Shown here one piece after another: positions 40,179 to 52,153 of a stretch of 64,000 nucleotides of DNA (positions within the stretch are counted from its first letter, which is position 1; each line of letters begins with the position of its first letter). The stretch lies in assembly GCF_964355755.1 (NCBI RefSeq), contig NC_092671.1, forward strand, positions 16,740,001 to 16,804,000. The letters run 5' to 3'. Both the position numbers and the translations under genes were made by a program. The notes under the pieces are model-generated. The model saw only the letters and a list, made by a program, of their open reading frames with translations. It did not search any database and was not told the origin of the DNA. This DNA is from Antedon mediterranea. Taxonomy: Eukaryota; Animalia; Echinodermata.

Positions 40179-41844
40179 CACTTTGACTGCCAAACACAAA
40201 GATCTTCGTGTTTGGAAACACAACGCTTGACTGCCAAACACGAAGATCTTTGTGTTTCGCGATTTTTTACGAAATCCGGTAGATAGGTTAATTATTGGTA
40301 TATACTATAAATATGGACACTATATTCGGTCTGGACCGTCAATATTTTACTATTTGAAAGTAACTAATCTGGTTATGAACAACAAAATGGTACCTGTCGA
40401 AATAACATACACCGTGCATCACAGTAGCGCGTAGAGCGATGACTTGGCGCATTGTTTACCGGTTGCGCGCTAGCTATGCCGCCGAAGCATTACAAAGGTT
40501 TTTGTGGATTGGCATGTTTGTTTGTTATCTAAATAAAAAATAATGAAGTCATTTTCAATATGAAGTATTTAATTTTATCATTGTATGTACCGTATATTTC
40601 GGTGTATAAGTCGCACCTGTGTATAAGACGCACCCCCTAACTGAGAGTAAAATATCGGTATTTTTTATATCGTCGATGTATAACACGCACCTTATATTTC
40701 ATCAAAACAATGTTTTTTTTAAATTGTAATCAATATTATTGTAATAATATATTTTGTTATATCTACAACGGCGTCCTTTATTTAGGTTTTTTCTTACTTA
40801 GGCTCGGCCGCGCCCAGCCTCAACAAGTTGTTTCTAACTTGTTATTCATGAGTTTCGCACCTGCAACATCGAGTGCATGGGATGACCGTGTGTGTAACAC
40901 GCACGTGTGTGGGCTAGCCTCGCTCGATCATTTCGAGAGGGCGCACGTTTTCACGGACAATCGTATTCGATTAGTATCTATGTATCCGAGAAGTGTGTAC
41001 GCTAGGTCCATGCTATAATCACCTGGAGAATATACTAATCGAATACCGTACAACATGTGGCCGCCAAGAAGGGCTTGCGCTGGGGGTACGGCGGTCGGCG
41101 ATCGTGCGTATAACTATAAATAAATACTAGGCCTAGGCCTATTCCAATCGTAAACGTTTACAAATAAAATTTTATCGGAGCGCCTAAAACAGCTCCATAA
41201 TAAACAAATCTTTTCATCATATTTAGTATAACATCACGCCTTGAAAACTAGGCAGAAGCAGGTTGCCGTTACGTTAGTATACTGTAGCTAGGCCTAGCCT
41301 ACTTAGCTCAGGCCTAGCCAACGAGGTGACGATATGTACACTCTGTGTGGTGAGGCATTTATGTTCGGTGTATAAGACGCACCTGGTTAACTAGGCCTGG
41401 TGTCTTTACTATGTGGATTTTGGCGAAAAATTGATGTAAGATTTATGATTTATAAATGTAATACATTTTTCGATAGTGATAACTTGTTTTTATAGGCCTA
41501 TTGGTGCCGTGTAAGTAACTTTTTCGTTGTTTGTTGATCTCACCGTATTTTCATATTGTGATGTCTTGCACAAAATCACGAATATCTCGACTTTCTTGCG
41601 CGAAACTACGAAAAACTCAAAAAGTGGGTTACTTTTATTTTAGTATTACGATTTACATATTGCGATTTAAAAATCGTACTTGGTACCATTGTAAAGCTAA
41701 AATCCTTATGATTATTTTAGTCTAAATTACATATAAATCAGTTTACATACATAGTTTCAATCAGCTTTAATAAAAACATAAAATTGGGCTAAAAACGCTG
41801 GCGGTGGCAGTTTCTAACTGGAAAAACCTCTGGCAGTGAAAGTG
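40179..41844. mobile_element. Non-autonomous piggyBac-like element with a nested insertion
   Basis: TTAA TSDs, TIR CACTTTGACTGCCA / TGGCAGTGAAAGTG (13 of 14), left subterminal direct repeat TTGACTGCCAAACAC.AAGATCTT.GTGTTT x2. Confidence 0.85.
40590..41400 (+). mobile_element. Truncated TA-CCGTA (pogo/Tc1-like) element nested in the piggyBac-like element
   Basis: Left end TA|CCGTATATTTCGGTGTATAAGTCGCACC with repeated GTATAAGACGCACC motifs (about 40620, 40678, 41370); right TIR not found. Confidence 0.6.
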
Positions 41845-42039
41845 TTAAATTGGACAATAGCAATTATATCAGCAAAATTATTGCTAGAAATTGCTCCTGT
41901 GCATTAAAGTAATCTGCAGTATAAAAAGTATGTATAATCATAGAGATATAAAAATATGGTACAATAGATTGTACAGTAGGACCACTAAACTACCCAAACA
42001 ACTACCACCCATTAGTGGTCACTACCATTGTTAGAGTGT

Positions 42040-42118
42040 GTGGGGTGGATAAAGTTGGGTGGGGTGGATAAAGTTGGGTGGGGTGGACAAAGTTGGGTGG
42101 GGTGGACAAAGTTGGGTG
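42040..42118. repeat. 19-bp G-rich tandem repeat x4 (GTGGGGTGGAYAAAGTTGG)
   Basis: Directly visible; G-runs all on one strand. Confidence 0.9.
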
Positions 42119-42639
42119 TGTTGGAATAGTTTTGAAAATGAAATGGCAACTAAACCAAGGAGTAAGAACATCTGAATCTGGATGAAAATACTATAATAAA
42201 CAAAATAGAAACAACTTTCTTTAAAAAAATACATATCTCTAAAAAATTATAAACTCATTTTTTCTAATAAGAACTGACACAATTGAACCCAGTAATTAGA
42301 AATCCGTCTAGGATCTCAAATCATAATTGGATATAGATGTTTATTGGTCAGTGAACCGTTATTTGTTGTTAATTCAGCCAATCAGCTGTTTGTGTTTTAC
42401 TTGCAATCAATACATCCTGGTTGAATGAATAAAGCATTTTGCATTGTATACATAAACATCTGAAGAAATTCAAACATGTTTTTATTTAATCCATGGAATG
42501 AATGAATATAGGTCCATGTTTAGTCTGTTTTGTTTGCATACTGTAGTCTAATAAATGACAAATTGACTGAAACTTATTGAATAATGAAATTATTAACAAG
42601 TTTACAGGACCAAAACATTGAAGATTATTAACAGAAAAT

Positions 42640-43053
42640 GAATTCAGCATATGGCTCCGAAAAGACAAGATAAAACTACAATCAAAATCAATCTTTACAA
42701 TCCAATGGTAAAACCATGGAGAAATAAGTTAGGATTTCTCCATGGTAAAACCTATTCTTACCTACAACAGCAGCACATGGGGTCTCACACAACAAGACGA
42801 AAATAAGCTCAATATTTTCCACAGAAAGCAGTTATGCAAAATATTGAAGTTAAACTATCCCAATAGAATCTCAAATAAAGAAATATATAAGATGTGTAAA
42901 AAAACAACCACTTTCAATCATATTCTTAGACACAATGTTTCTGCAAATCGTTCAATCGCATTCTACTTTCAGAAAGCGAACCACATTCAATTTAAAGTAA
43001 GACCGCAAACGACACGACCAGTAACACTTAATAAAACTCAAAAACCCCTCTAA
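42640..43053 (+). mobile_element. RTE-clade LINE ORF fragment (region C-terminal to the RT core), decayed
   Basis: Translation KINLYNPMVKPILTYNSSTWGLTQQDENKLNIFHRKQLCKILKLNYPNRISNKEIY fits the RTE pattern (V.P.L.Y....W, L..F....L..IL...W...ISN.E.Y); frameshifts and an insertion at 42715. Confidence 0.85.
42715..42744. mobile_element. 30-bp P-element-like terminal remnant CATGGAGAAATAAGTTAGGATTTCTCCATG with 7-bp TSD GTAAAAC
   Basis: 11-bp perfect inverted ends, exact 7-bp flanking duplication; removal restores the LINE reading frame MVKPI. Confidence 0.82.
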
Positions 43054-43524
43054 CTTTAACGGATCTAGTTCAAATAAAAACAATTGCACAGAATAAAAAA
43101 AACGTGTGAGGTGTATTTCCAACGACGGAAAAGTACATAGTACCTCTCGGCGTTGATTCAGAGTAATATTATAGTGATAATTGAAGAATTTACGAATTTT
43201 AAATACTGTAAAGAGACATTTCGGACAGAACACAGTGAATTAGCATAGCAGTCCATCGCCATCATCTTTACATTTTTTTACTGTACTGTATAGAGAGCAA
43301 CTACAGATTACCACTGGTGGCAGGTTATTATGCTAATCTGCCATTGATTGCTTTAAAATAAATATAATGTATATATATATACCTACACACAATAATTTTC
43401 AAGTTTCAAGTAAACAGGAACACGCATTCTTTTTAAATATGCAACAACAGCCATTAACAGTGAGAAATAAACTATAATTGAGGTTTCATTAGGGCACCGT
43501 TTAGGTCATGGGAAAAATCTTAGT

Positions 43525-43590
43525 GTCATGACAGAGATTTGAACCCAGCCAGGATCTTGGAGCATGTGACCTACCAAACTTACACTACAA
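43525..43590 (-). mobile_element. tRNA-derived SINE head fragment
   Basis: Minus strand carries GGGTTCAAATC (B-box-like) and GTAGTGTAAGTTTGGTA (A-box-like). Confidence 0.4.
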
Positions 43591-44570
43591 TTACATGATA
43601 ACATAAAAGATTGTTTAAATGACGACGTACTATAAATTTGTGAATTGTGAAAAATAGTCATTGAATTGCAGAATTGATTGTGTTACAAATATTTAACGTA
43701 TTTATGTCATGCACTTAATAAAATAAAACAAGACAAAATCTCTGTCACTTAGCATAGGCAAGTAAATCATCCTTAACGTATAACATTAAAGTTAACTGGG
43801 CTTTATATCATTTAAGCAAAGCTTTTAAACCAATTTTTAGACCATTTATGAGCCTGAAACTCTTAGGTTTCCTACGTGACAGCCATCTTAACCTTTTACC
43901 CTTAAATAACTCTCGCAATTAAACACATAATTGTCCGTTACCATGGCAGCAAGCAGATTACGTAGCTGTATTTTGCAACAACTTTTTACGAATCAATTTA
44001 CTTTACTTCTTGCTTAAACATTTTTCGTACGTAGAAAATTATTTTAGTTGGAATGTTACAATGATTCTAAGCGGTGAACAACCTCAACTTGCGATCGTGT
44101 ATTCGAAAACACACTTAATGGATTATGATAGTACATTAAGCGCATACATATGATGTATTGCAAGCACAAATTAAGCGTCCCAATCACTCAATTGAAACAC
44201 AGAACGCATAAACTAAACATACAAATCTGCATATTGGACAATCTGCAACATTTAGTAGAAGATAATTTTGAATATATGATTTATGTATTATCACTGACAC
44301 ATTGAAATATTCACAGTGTATGTATGTAGGTTACTTATAAAGATGGTCCCTTTATAGAGGTTCAACCGTAGTGTTGTTTCATGACCTATATTGTATTGTA
44401 TTGTATATTGTATACTATATGAAATGGTGACTTAGTTTCAATGAATCAATCATCGGCATTGTTATTCCATAATAAAAATAAAAACATATTTAAATAGTGT
44501 ACAATAAAAATAATATGATAATAGAATGGGATACAAAATAAGCACAAGTGATTTAAACATGTAAAACTAA

Positions 44571-45359
44571 GGGCCTGTTTCTATTGAAAAATAAAAAAAG
44601 AACGGTTTTTTGGAAACCGGTTTCGGCTGTTGTTTATAAAGATCGCGTTGCAGCTCAATTTTTACTCCAACTTCGTTATGAATGACGTCATTATATACAC
44701 CACAATGCAGTTCGTTAGGCGGAAGCGTGATTGGATCAAGGTCATGTTTACTTTTTTTCGCATAGCGCGATCCCCAAGAAATAGCATCCATTTCATCATA
44801 GAAGGGGGAATTATTACCTGAAACGTTATTGTGGTCCTTGGTTAAAGTATAGGTACGTCGCACCCTCTGATATTGTCAAGTTGAACTCGTCTATTTTTCA
44901 CACGCTTTACAATATTCTTAAAAACATGTAAGCCTATACGTGAGTCTTTCTTCCGACACATATTTTTTACGAACCTCGTAATGGCATCGGTCAACATTTT
45001 TTAGTTAAATAAAATACTCACTATCTAGAGAAATAAAAATGACTTAGGCCTAGGTCCTATCGCGCGGGTTTGACTGCGAGTTGACCGCAGTCGTCCCATT
45101 GCAGCAGACTGCAGAGTTCAGTTTTTGGGGTCAAATTAAGACCGTGATTGTGTTGCAGCTAAAAATAGCTCCGCGGAAACCAGTTTCAGAACGGTTCTTT
45201 GCGATCGAGACCGCAATCAATTGGGGTTTTTGAAACCGTTTTTAAGATCGGTTCTTTTTTGTGGTTTTTTGTGGGGACCCATTTCTGCTGGCAAGAAAAA
45301 ACGGTTCTTGAAAAGAACGGTATTCAAAACCGTATTCTCTGCTCTATAGAAACAGGCCC
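44571..45359. mobile_element. Non-autonomous PIF/Harbinger-like DNA transposon (789 bp)
   Basis: TIRs GGGCCTGTTTCTAT / ATAGAAACAGGCCC (perfect), TSD TAA on both sides, subterminal GAACGGTT/AAACCG motifs. Confidence 0.92.
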
Positions 45360-47208
45360 TAAGAGTTTACAAGGTCTATTTAAACTCTCACTGAAAATGG
45401 TTTAATTGATGTATACAGTAATAAAGGTTGGCCATTGAAACTTATTGTATACAGTATTGTGGTAATATTCTTAATTATAAGAAGCCTTGAAATGTTTTAA
45501 AGGAGAAAGGAAAGGAAAATATAAATTAGAAAGAGATTATAGGAAAAAGAAATCGATACGAGAAAGACCTTAAAGGCAAAAATAGATATGATAAACCATA
45601 CTCCTGTACTTTAATTGAGGAAATTTTTGAAAGACGATCAAAAAAGAAAATGATAAAAAGATAATTTGAATGAACAGATAAAAACTGTGATTATGTCAGT
45701 ACTGTAGTACATACAGTACTGTATGTCCGGTAATCCTCATATCAAGAGTACCAATTCGTTATCAATATTTGTGGTGGTGGTGTAGTGTTCAAAAAGTATG
45801 CACAGCACAGGTCATAAGAATAATATAATATATTTATTTTCCTCCAAAAATATAAATAAATGCATTTTTATGAATAAAAAATAGAGGAGGAGGGCAGACA
45901 AACTGAGGAACAAGTGTCTATAACCTTAAATGTTTGACTGCCCCTGTCATACTCTGTATATAGGTAGTCTTTGCTTTATACAAAATGAAGGGGGAACATT
46001 TCCATTACCATGGGATCTACACCATAATGATTTATAGCAAGCATTGGAACTTCATTTATTGAACAATACAGTACAATTAAAAAATAGTTACCATCTTTTT
46101 CTTATAAATCCTACTGATTTTCAGGGTCAAAAAGATAAAAACATATTTCTTGACTCAAAAAAATATGTCCTTATCATAAACCTCCTTGTTACACAGTTGT
46201 AACATGATCATAATACTATACAATATTTGGATGTGGTGTGGTATTCTTCTTGTATATCACATACTGTATAAAGAGAGTGTCCATCTATCCATATTATAAC
46301 CATGAAAGTTAATTATAGTTCATTTTAATTTATATTCAAAGGCATCATGGAGTGTTGTTTTAACTAATGATGAAAAACTCTCCATGCAGCCATACACCGA
46401 GGACCTCATTCTTGTCAATTTGCTTGAATATAGAAATGATCAGTCCATTTACTAAAATAAAGGACTGATTTCCGTCAATTAAGTCAACAGTAATAATTGC
46501 ATATTGTGATGAGGTTACTGAAAGATAACATGAAGGATTTTCTTTAGCCATTAAAAAAAAAAATTTGTACAGGGACTTATTAAATTTATATTGAGGCAGT
46601 TTTAACTTTTTTTTCCTTCTACAGTACTCTGTGCCTACTGTATGCAGCTCTTTGATTTTTTTTATGTACAGTATAATTATTAGGTCAGTCTGTATCTATA
46701 ATAATTACAGTATTTGATGTAAAATGTTTATTTATTGACATTAATTATGGATTTCAACATACTATAGTGTAACAAAAACAAGATTTGGATAAGTGTACTA
46801 TAAGCGAGGAGAAAGTAATTCGCCTACTCCATGTCTATAGATATATTAAAGTCTTCTATATGCCGGATACACCTATCAAGGTTCATTTCCTGTCTTGCTT
46901 ACGATCCAATTTTTTTTCCGCAAATTTCACTTCAGATTGCAACAGCTTAGAGTCTTTGTGACTCAATGAATGTGGTGTAGTAAAAATAAAAGTATATCAA
47001 ATATAACTGCTTTATAGTTTCTGATACAATAAAATATAAAGATTATTACTTTCAAATCTAGTTAAATACTTGAATAAAAAATAATAAATCTGCTATTAAT
47101 ATAGTAATTAAAGTAATTCTAAACAACAAATTGTGATCAGGAAAATAAGTAACAAAATATAACATTAAAACTGTTGTAAACTATGTACTGCTCAGTGTTT
47201 AGTTACTG

Positions 47209-47231
47209 CATGGAGAAATTATTTCTCCATG
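47209..47231. mobile_element. 23-bp P-element-like terminal remnant CATGGAGAAATTATTTCTCCATG with 7-bp TSD GTTACTG
   Basis: Same ends as 42715-42744; exact duplication at 47202-47208 and 47232-47238. Confidence 0.82.
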
Positions 47232-47776
47232 GTTACTGTAAAGTTGAATTCATAAACAGCACTTTTTTTCGTATGATCAGCTTTATGATTTAAACACCTT
47301 TCTGAAACCTCTAACATTGGAATGGCAGCATAAATATACAGAGCATGGTAGTTGATATAAACACCCAGTATGCTCAATGAAAACACTGTAGGCAGTCAGT
47401 ACGTGATTCACAATATGAATTACAGTGTGAACAAGGCAATGACCTGATAGTTGTCTATTTGGTGTTAAAATTACCCTGTTTATTAATTTGATTGAATTTC
47501 AAAATGTCATTAATGATTAATTATTTTATTTCATATATTTCAATACTAATTTGATTTACCAATACAAAAACGTTCATCATTTATTAATATTTTAGTGTTT
47601 GTTAGTTGACAACATAATTTTATCAGTGTGGAAGGGGGGAAAAACGAGGGGTGGGGAAATGCTAATATAAAATTAATAGCCTGTCAAAAAGTACATCACA
47701 ATTTCTTTTTAGCTGTAAATGCAATAGTTCTACCATTGCCCAACTCTGGACCTACCACCATACACAATAAAACATA

Positions 47777-48535
47777 CGCCGTGGTTAGGATTCCGGCACC
47801 GGAACTCAACTGCCCAGCGTTAGGGATTCCGACACGCTATTGCGCATGCCCAGAGCGAGGTAATCGGCGACTCTATACTTATCAACAGCGATGGATTATT
47901 TGACCTGCGCCACACGGCGAACTAGCCTAGCATAGATGCCTTCTAATATGGGATCCACTAATCTAGGCTAGGGCTACCAGTTAGACTACGTGACCAGTGG
48001 GCCTATAGTATTTATTTTGTAATTAAAAAGTGGTTGCTTCATTCATATATAAAATTCATATCATATGAATTATATAATTAGCCTACATGACTAGTTTTAT
48101 GATTTTTCATAACGCATTATACTGTACATATACAACATGCAATCACAAGTTGATTTGTTGACAGCAGCCACCGCGTGGATGTGAAAAAACTCTTCGGGAA
48201 GTCAGGGTCGCAACGCTAAAAACTGCATTACGATTCTTAGATAGATACTGATACTTATTAATATTCATTATAATTATTTTAACGCGTGGCGTAGTCATAT
48301 TTTAATTATTAATTCATGTATGGCATTGGCCAAGTTTCATCCATCGCTCTCTCGCTCGCGCAACGACTATCTAGGCTACACTACAATAAATCCCTATAAC
48401 ACTCCGACTCTCCGTGGTGTGGCACTTTGGTGCAAGCTATAATTCACTTCCCAGAGCTCTGGGCATGCGCAATAGCGTGTCGGATTCCCTAACGGTGGGC
48501 AGTTGAGTTCCGGTGCCGGAATCCTAACCACGGCG
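47777..48535. mobile_element. Non-autonomous Mutator/MULE-like element (759 bp)
   Basis: 80-bp TIRs (47777-47856 and 48456-48535, 2 mismatches) and a 9-bp TSD TAAAACATA. Confidence 0.9.
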
Positions 48536-49099
48536 TAAAACATATATGAAGGTGTTTCAACATAAAGTAAAATTTTAGCATTTTTTCTTTTTTAAATAAT
48601 ACTCTAGTAATTACTACAGTATCCAAGTTAATTATTTTGAATTTTACCCGACATCTAATCCTTAATTAAATAAAATACAGAATGAATGTCATTTGATTAT
48701 TTTAAGTACACTATAGCGGGTATAAGAAAATGTACATCTCAATGGAATTGCCTTACTACACCCAAACAGGAGATAAAAGAATGTTTGATCATCAACCAAT
48801 ACCCTATTTATATATAAAACACACATTCGCCATATAATAATAAGAATACCGTACGCATTTGTAGTAGGCCCAGTAAAACACTTGGCAACAACACAATTAT
48901 ATTGAAACGATTAAGAATGCATTGTTGAAATAACGAAACAATAGCGACCATGCGGCCAGGCTTAGTAAAGCGCTGTCAATGAACTGAGAGAGGCCCAAAA
49001 CAAACATGCCTTTAGAACACAACGGCAACGCTAAGAACGAGCAATCTGTCTTCGGTTTGTCTTAACAACTTAAACATATTATTTTGTTAAGATTCCTGT

Positions 49100-49330
49100 A
49101 AGTCATAACATGACAACAGCAGTTGCCATAAAGCTAATTTAAAATACTTACGTATGGTTTCAACTGTGAATATATTTACTTGTATGTTTCATCGAAAAAT
49201 AAGTTCAAACTAGACAACATAAAACCATGGCTCATCGACACTTCGTACTTTTCTAAGCATGCGTGTAGGGGTCTTCCGGAGAAAATCCCTCCGGACTCAA
49301 CTACATTTACGAAGGTGGAACAAACACCAA
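49100..49330 (-). promoter_or_regulatory. Candidate first non-coding exon/promoter of the cytokine receptor gene
   Basis: Minus-strand donor GTAAGTA at about 49145-49151 in locally CpG-richer, non-repeat sequence; TTCCGGAGAA (STAT-like) overlapping GGAGAAAATCCC (kappaB-like). Inference only. Confidence 0.3.
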
Positions 49331-49655
49331 AAACAAATAATAATATCTTAATTACAACAAATAAATAAAAAATATAAATGTATTACCGATTATATGAATG
49401 ATATTAAATTTTTATTTACATAGTTTTGAAACATTTTTTTTTTCTCCCTTCTTTAACTTTTATTTCTAAAATAGAATAGTCAGTCACCTTTCTGGAATAG
49501 CTGATTGCGTAATATTACATAACAAAATTTACTTTACAATCAAATACAAATTAAAGGAAGGTCCTCCGTGGTTTATATCATTGCCTGGTAAATTATAACT
49601 TTAAAACAATGTTCCTATAAAAAAACATCGATAATTTAGACATCCCTGCATTATA

Positions 49656-50035
49656 CCGTATTTATTTGAATAAATGCCCGGGGTTTTTTATTGTTCAAGA
49701 GGGTTTTTAGAATGAGTTTAATATTCAGGGAGGCGTTAATTCGGGCGAGGAGTATATTTTGTTGGTGTAATAATATGGTAACATGTATTTCAAAAATATA
49801 TATTAATATGAAAAAAAATATAAACATAATTATTATCAAGAAGTGATAAAATACAGTAAAATTTGGATCAAAATGCTTGGTAAATTTTAGATCATGTCAA
49901 TCAATACAAATAGATGTGTTGCATGTGGCGGGGCATTTATTCAAGAAATAAATAAACGCCCCGGGGCGTTTATTCGAGGGGGCGTTTATTCCAAATGATG
50001 TTCTATGGAGGGGGCGTTTATTCAAATAAATACGG
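49656..50035. mobile_element. TA-CCGTA pogo/Tc1-like MITE (380 bp)
   Basis: TIRs CCGTATTTATTTGAATAAATGCCC / GGGCGTTTATTCAAATAAATACGG, TA on both flanks, repeated GGGCGTTTATTC subterminal motifs. Confidence 0.92.
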
Positions 50036-50558
50036 TATTCACCTTTTGGTATAAAGATTGCTTCAAACATTTATACTGAATCTAGTTTCAAATAATGTGC
50101 TCAGCGGATTGGGATGAGATGAGGATTGTGGGATGTTGGGACCATCGGGAACGTTCACAATTCTTCTCATAAGTAAAATTGAAAAACTGATTAAATAACA
50201 ACAATAAGCTAGATATGATTATATCTGTAACTATTCTGATCCTCATTAACTATACAATACGATACGATTTAATGATCTTTAATTCATTTTACTAACATAG
50301 TAAGATACCGTAGTTTATATAAGCTGTTAAAAAATCAGGTTAATACATGGATGGATGTATATCCTCCATGGAATGCGTCCAAAACAATGGGGAAATCCCC
50401 TTATGAGCCCTCTGTGCTGTATCCGTACGTACGTTTTTACTGGAATATATACTAGTATTATTTTGCTACTAATCTTATCCAAGTGTCTATTGTTTTATAT
50501 GAATTAACGTTAACAATAACTACTAAATTCAAATTAGGAAGGGGTGGGGGTCTGCTGT

Positions 50559-50690
50559 CAAGGCCGTAGCCAGCGTGAGGCAGACGAGGCGCTCGCCCCG
50601 TTGATCTGAAATGTTCAATTTTAACTACCTACCCAAATTAATTAATAATTATATTTAAAGCATCTTTGCCTCGCTTGCTATACGGCCTTG
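50559..50690. mobile_element. Short MITE with CA...TG ends
   Basis: CAAGGCCGTA / TACGGCCTTG inverted ends plus inverted GAGGCA/TGCCTC; flanks CTGCTGT / CTGTTGC resemble a decayed TSD. Confidence 0.6.
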
Positions 50691-51825
50691 CTGTTGCGGA
50701 TGCACTCCTTTTTTGGGTACCAAAAGCAACACCAATCACGGAGGCTAAAATAAAACGCATTTACTTTTAAAGACTAAAACTCATACGACGTGCGCCCCGC
50801 CTCACCCCATCCCCTTTTTTAAAACCCAAATTTTGCGATAGCAATAAATACCCACCAATAGGCCTACCCTCCATCGTTCTAAAAAAAAATATACATTATT
50901 TCAAAATCCTGGATTCGCCAATGGTATTTAATTACACATTACTTATTACAACTGACGGAATTATCATGACATGGCTACGTACTACGAATATCTTGTGAAT
51001 TAATGAAGAGCCGCACATTGCAAATGAACAGTATACGGCTTTTTACAATCGAGATAATATCGCACCTTGCAGCATAAAGCTGGTTAATAAGAAATGCAAT
51101 GAGCGATGACAACCAACATTAAAAGGCTGATATGATATTGAGCATAAATAATATATAGTTGAAATCATATACCGTAAATTTAAATTTAAAACCACAAACA
51201 CAGGAATATGGTAATTTAATATTTATTGATATATTACCAAAGATGGATATTGTTTTCTAATGTACCGTACACACAATAACATTTTATATCCCATAAAAAG
51301 GGGGTTAGCGCGCGGGGAAGGGGAAAAGGGTAACGATCGTTAAAGTGACATAATGGTCATTCCTACATCTGTAATATTATCATCTTTGGTTTGTTTCGTA
51401 GTGTTCAACTTTTGAGCGATGACAATGGAAACATTAGAAGTGTATTGAGCATTATAGAAATCCATACAATACTGTAGATTTCAAACAAAATACAGGAATA
51501 TTAATATTTTATGAGACATTAGTAAAGAATGAAAAAAAAATAATTTTCTAATTTAAATGATGGGCAACAACTATAATAATTATTTCATATTAATAGACAT
51601 TTTCAAATTACAATGCTCAATGCATTCTATTTCTTGTTTAAATTAGAAGACTTGGTAATGTCTTTCATACATTTTAAATATTCATCAAGTGTTCCCATGT
51701 TGGGCATTTGGCCATCGGGTCTCTCTAGTGCAGTTTGACGGTGACAAAACTATTAATAAACATTTTAATTACGACCAATAGGAACAAGTGTAACTATATA
51801 ACGCATTACATAACGTGTGTGTGAA

Positions 51826-52153
51826 ACTGTCCTATCAGAAAGGGTAATTCCCCTGATACAGGGGCTATTTTGTGAACAGTTCACCGGGGTAAACCCCTAC
51901 TCGTTTCAAAAAAACATTTTTTTTTAAAGAACAAATGGTTCAACAGTGAAAATACGTAATTTTTTTTTTTTTTTTTAAATATTTTGTACATAATTTAGTT
52001 TCCTTGTAAAATAGGCTATTGTTAAATTATTATGTTTTCTTTAACTTTTACTTACTCTGAATGCAAGGTATATAAGAAGTGTGCCACTGTTTCAAACGTG
52101 TAGCTTCCATATATATATTATTTTTATACACTGGACCTACGGTAAGAAGACTT
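51826..52153 (-). mobile_element. Interrupted copy of the Deu/Nin-domain SINE
   Basis: 51826-51905 and 52127-52153 match two consecutive parts of the copy at 61430-61750, separated by AT-rich sequence. Confidence 0.7.

Noticed and set aside
50347-50371. CATGGATGGATGTATATCCTCCATG as another P-like footprint
   Set aside because: Ends fit, but the flanks show no 7-8 bp duplication, so it was left out of the supported set.
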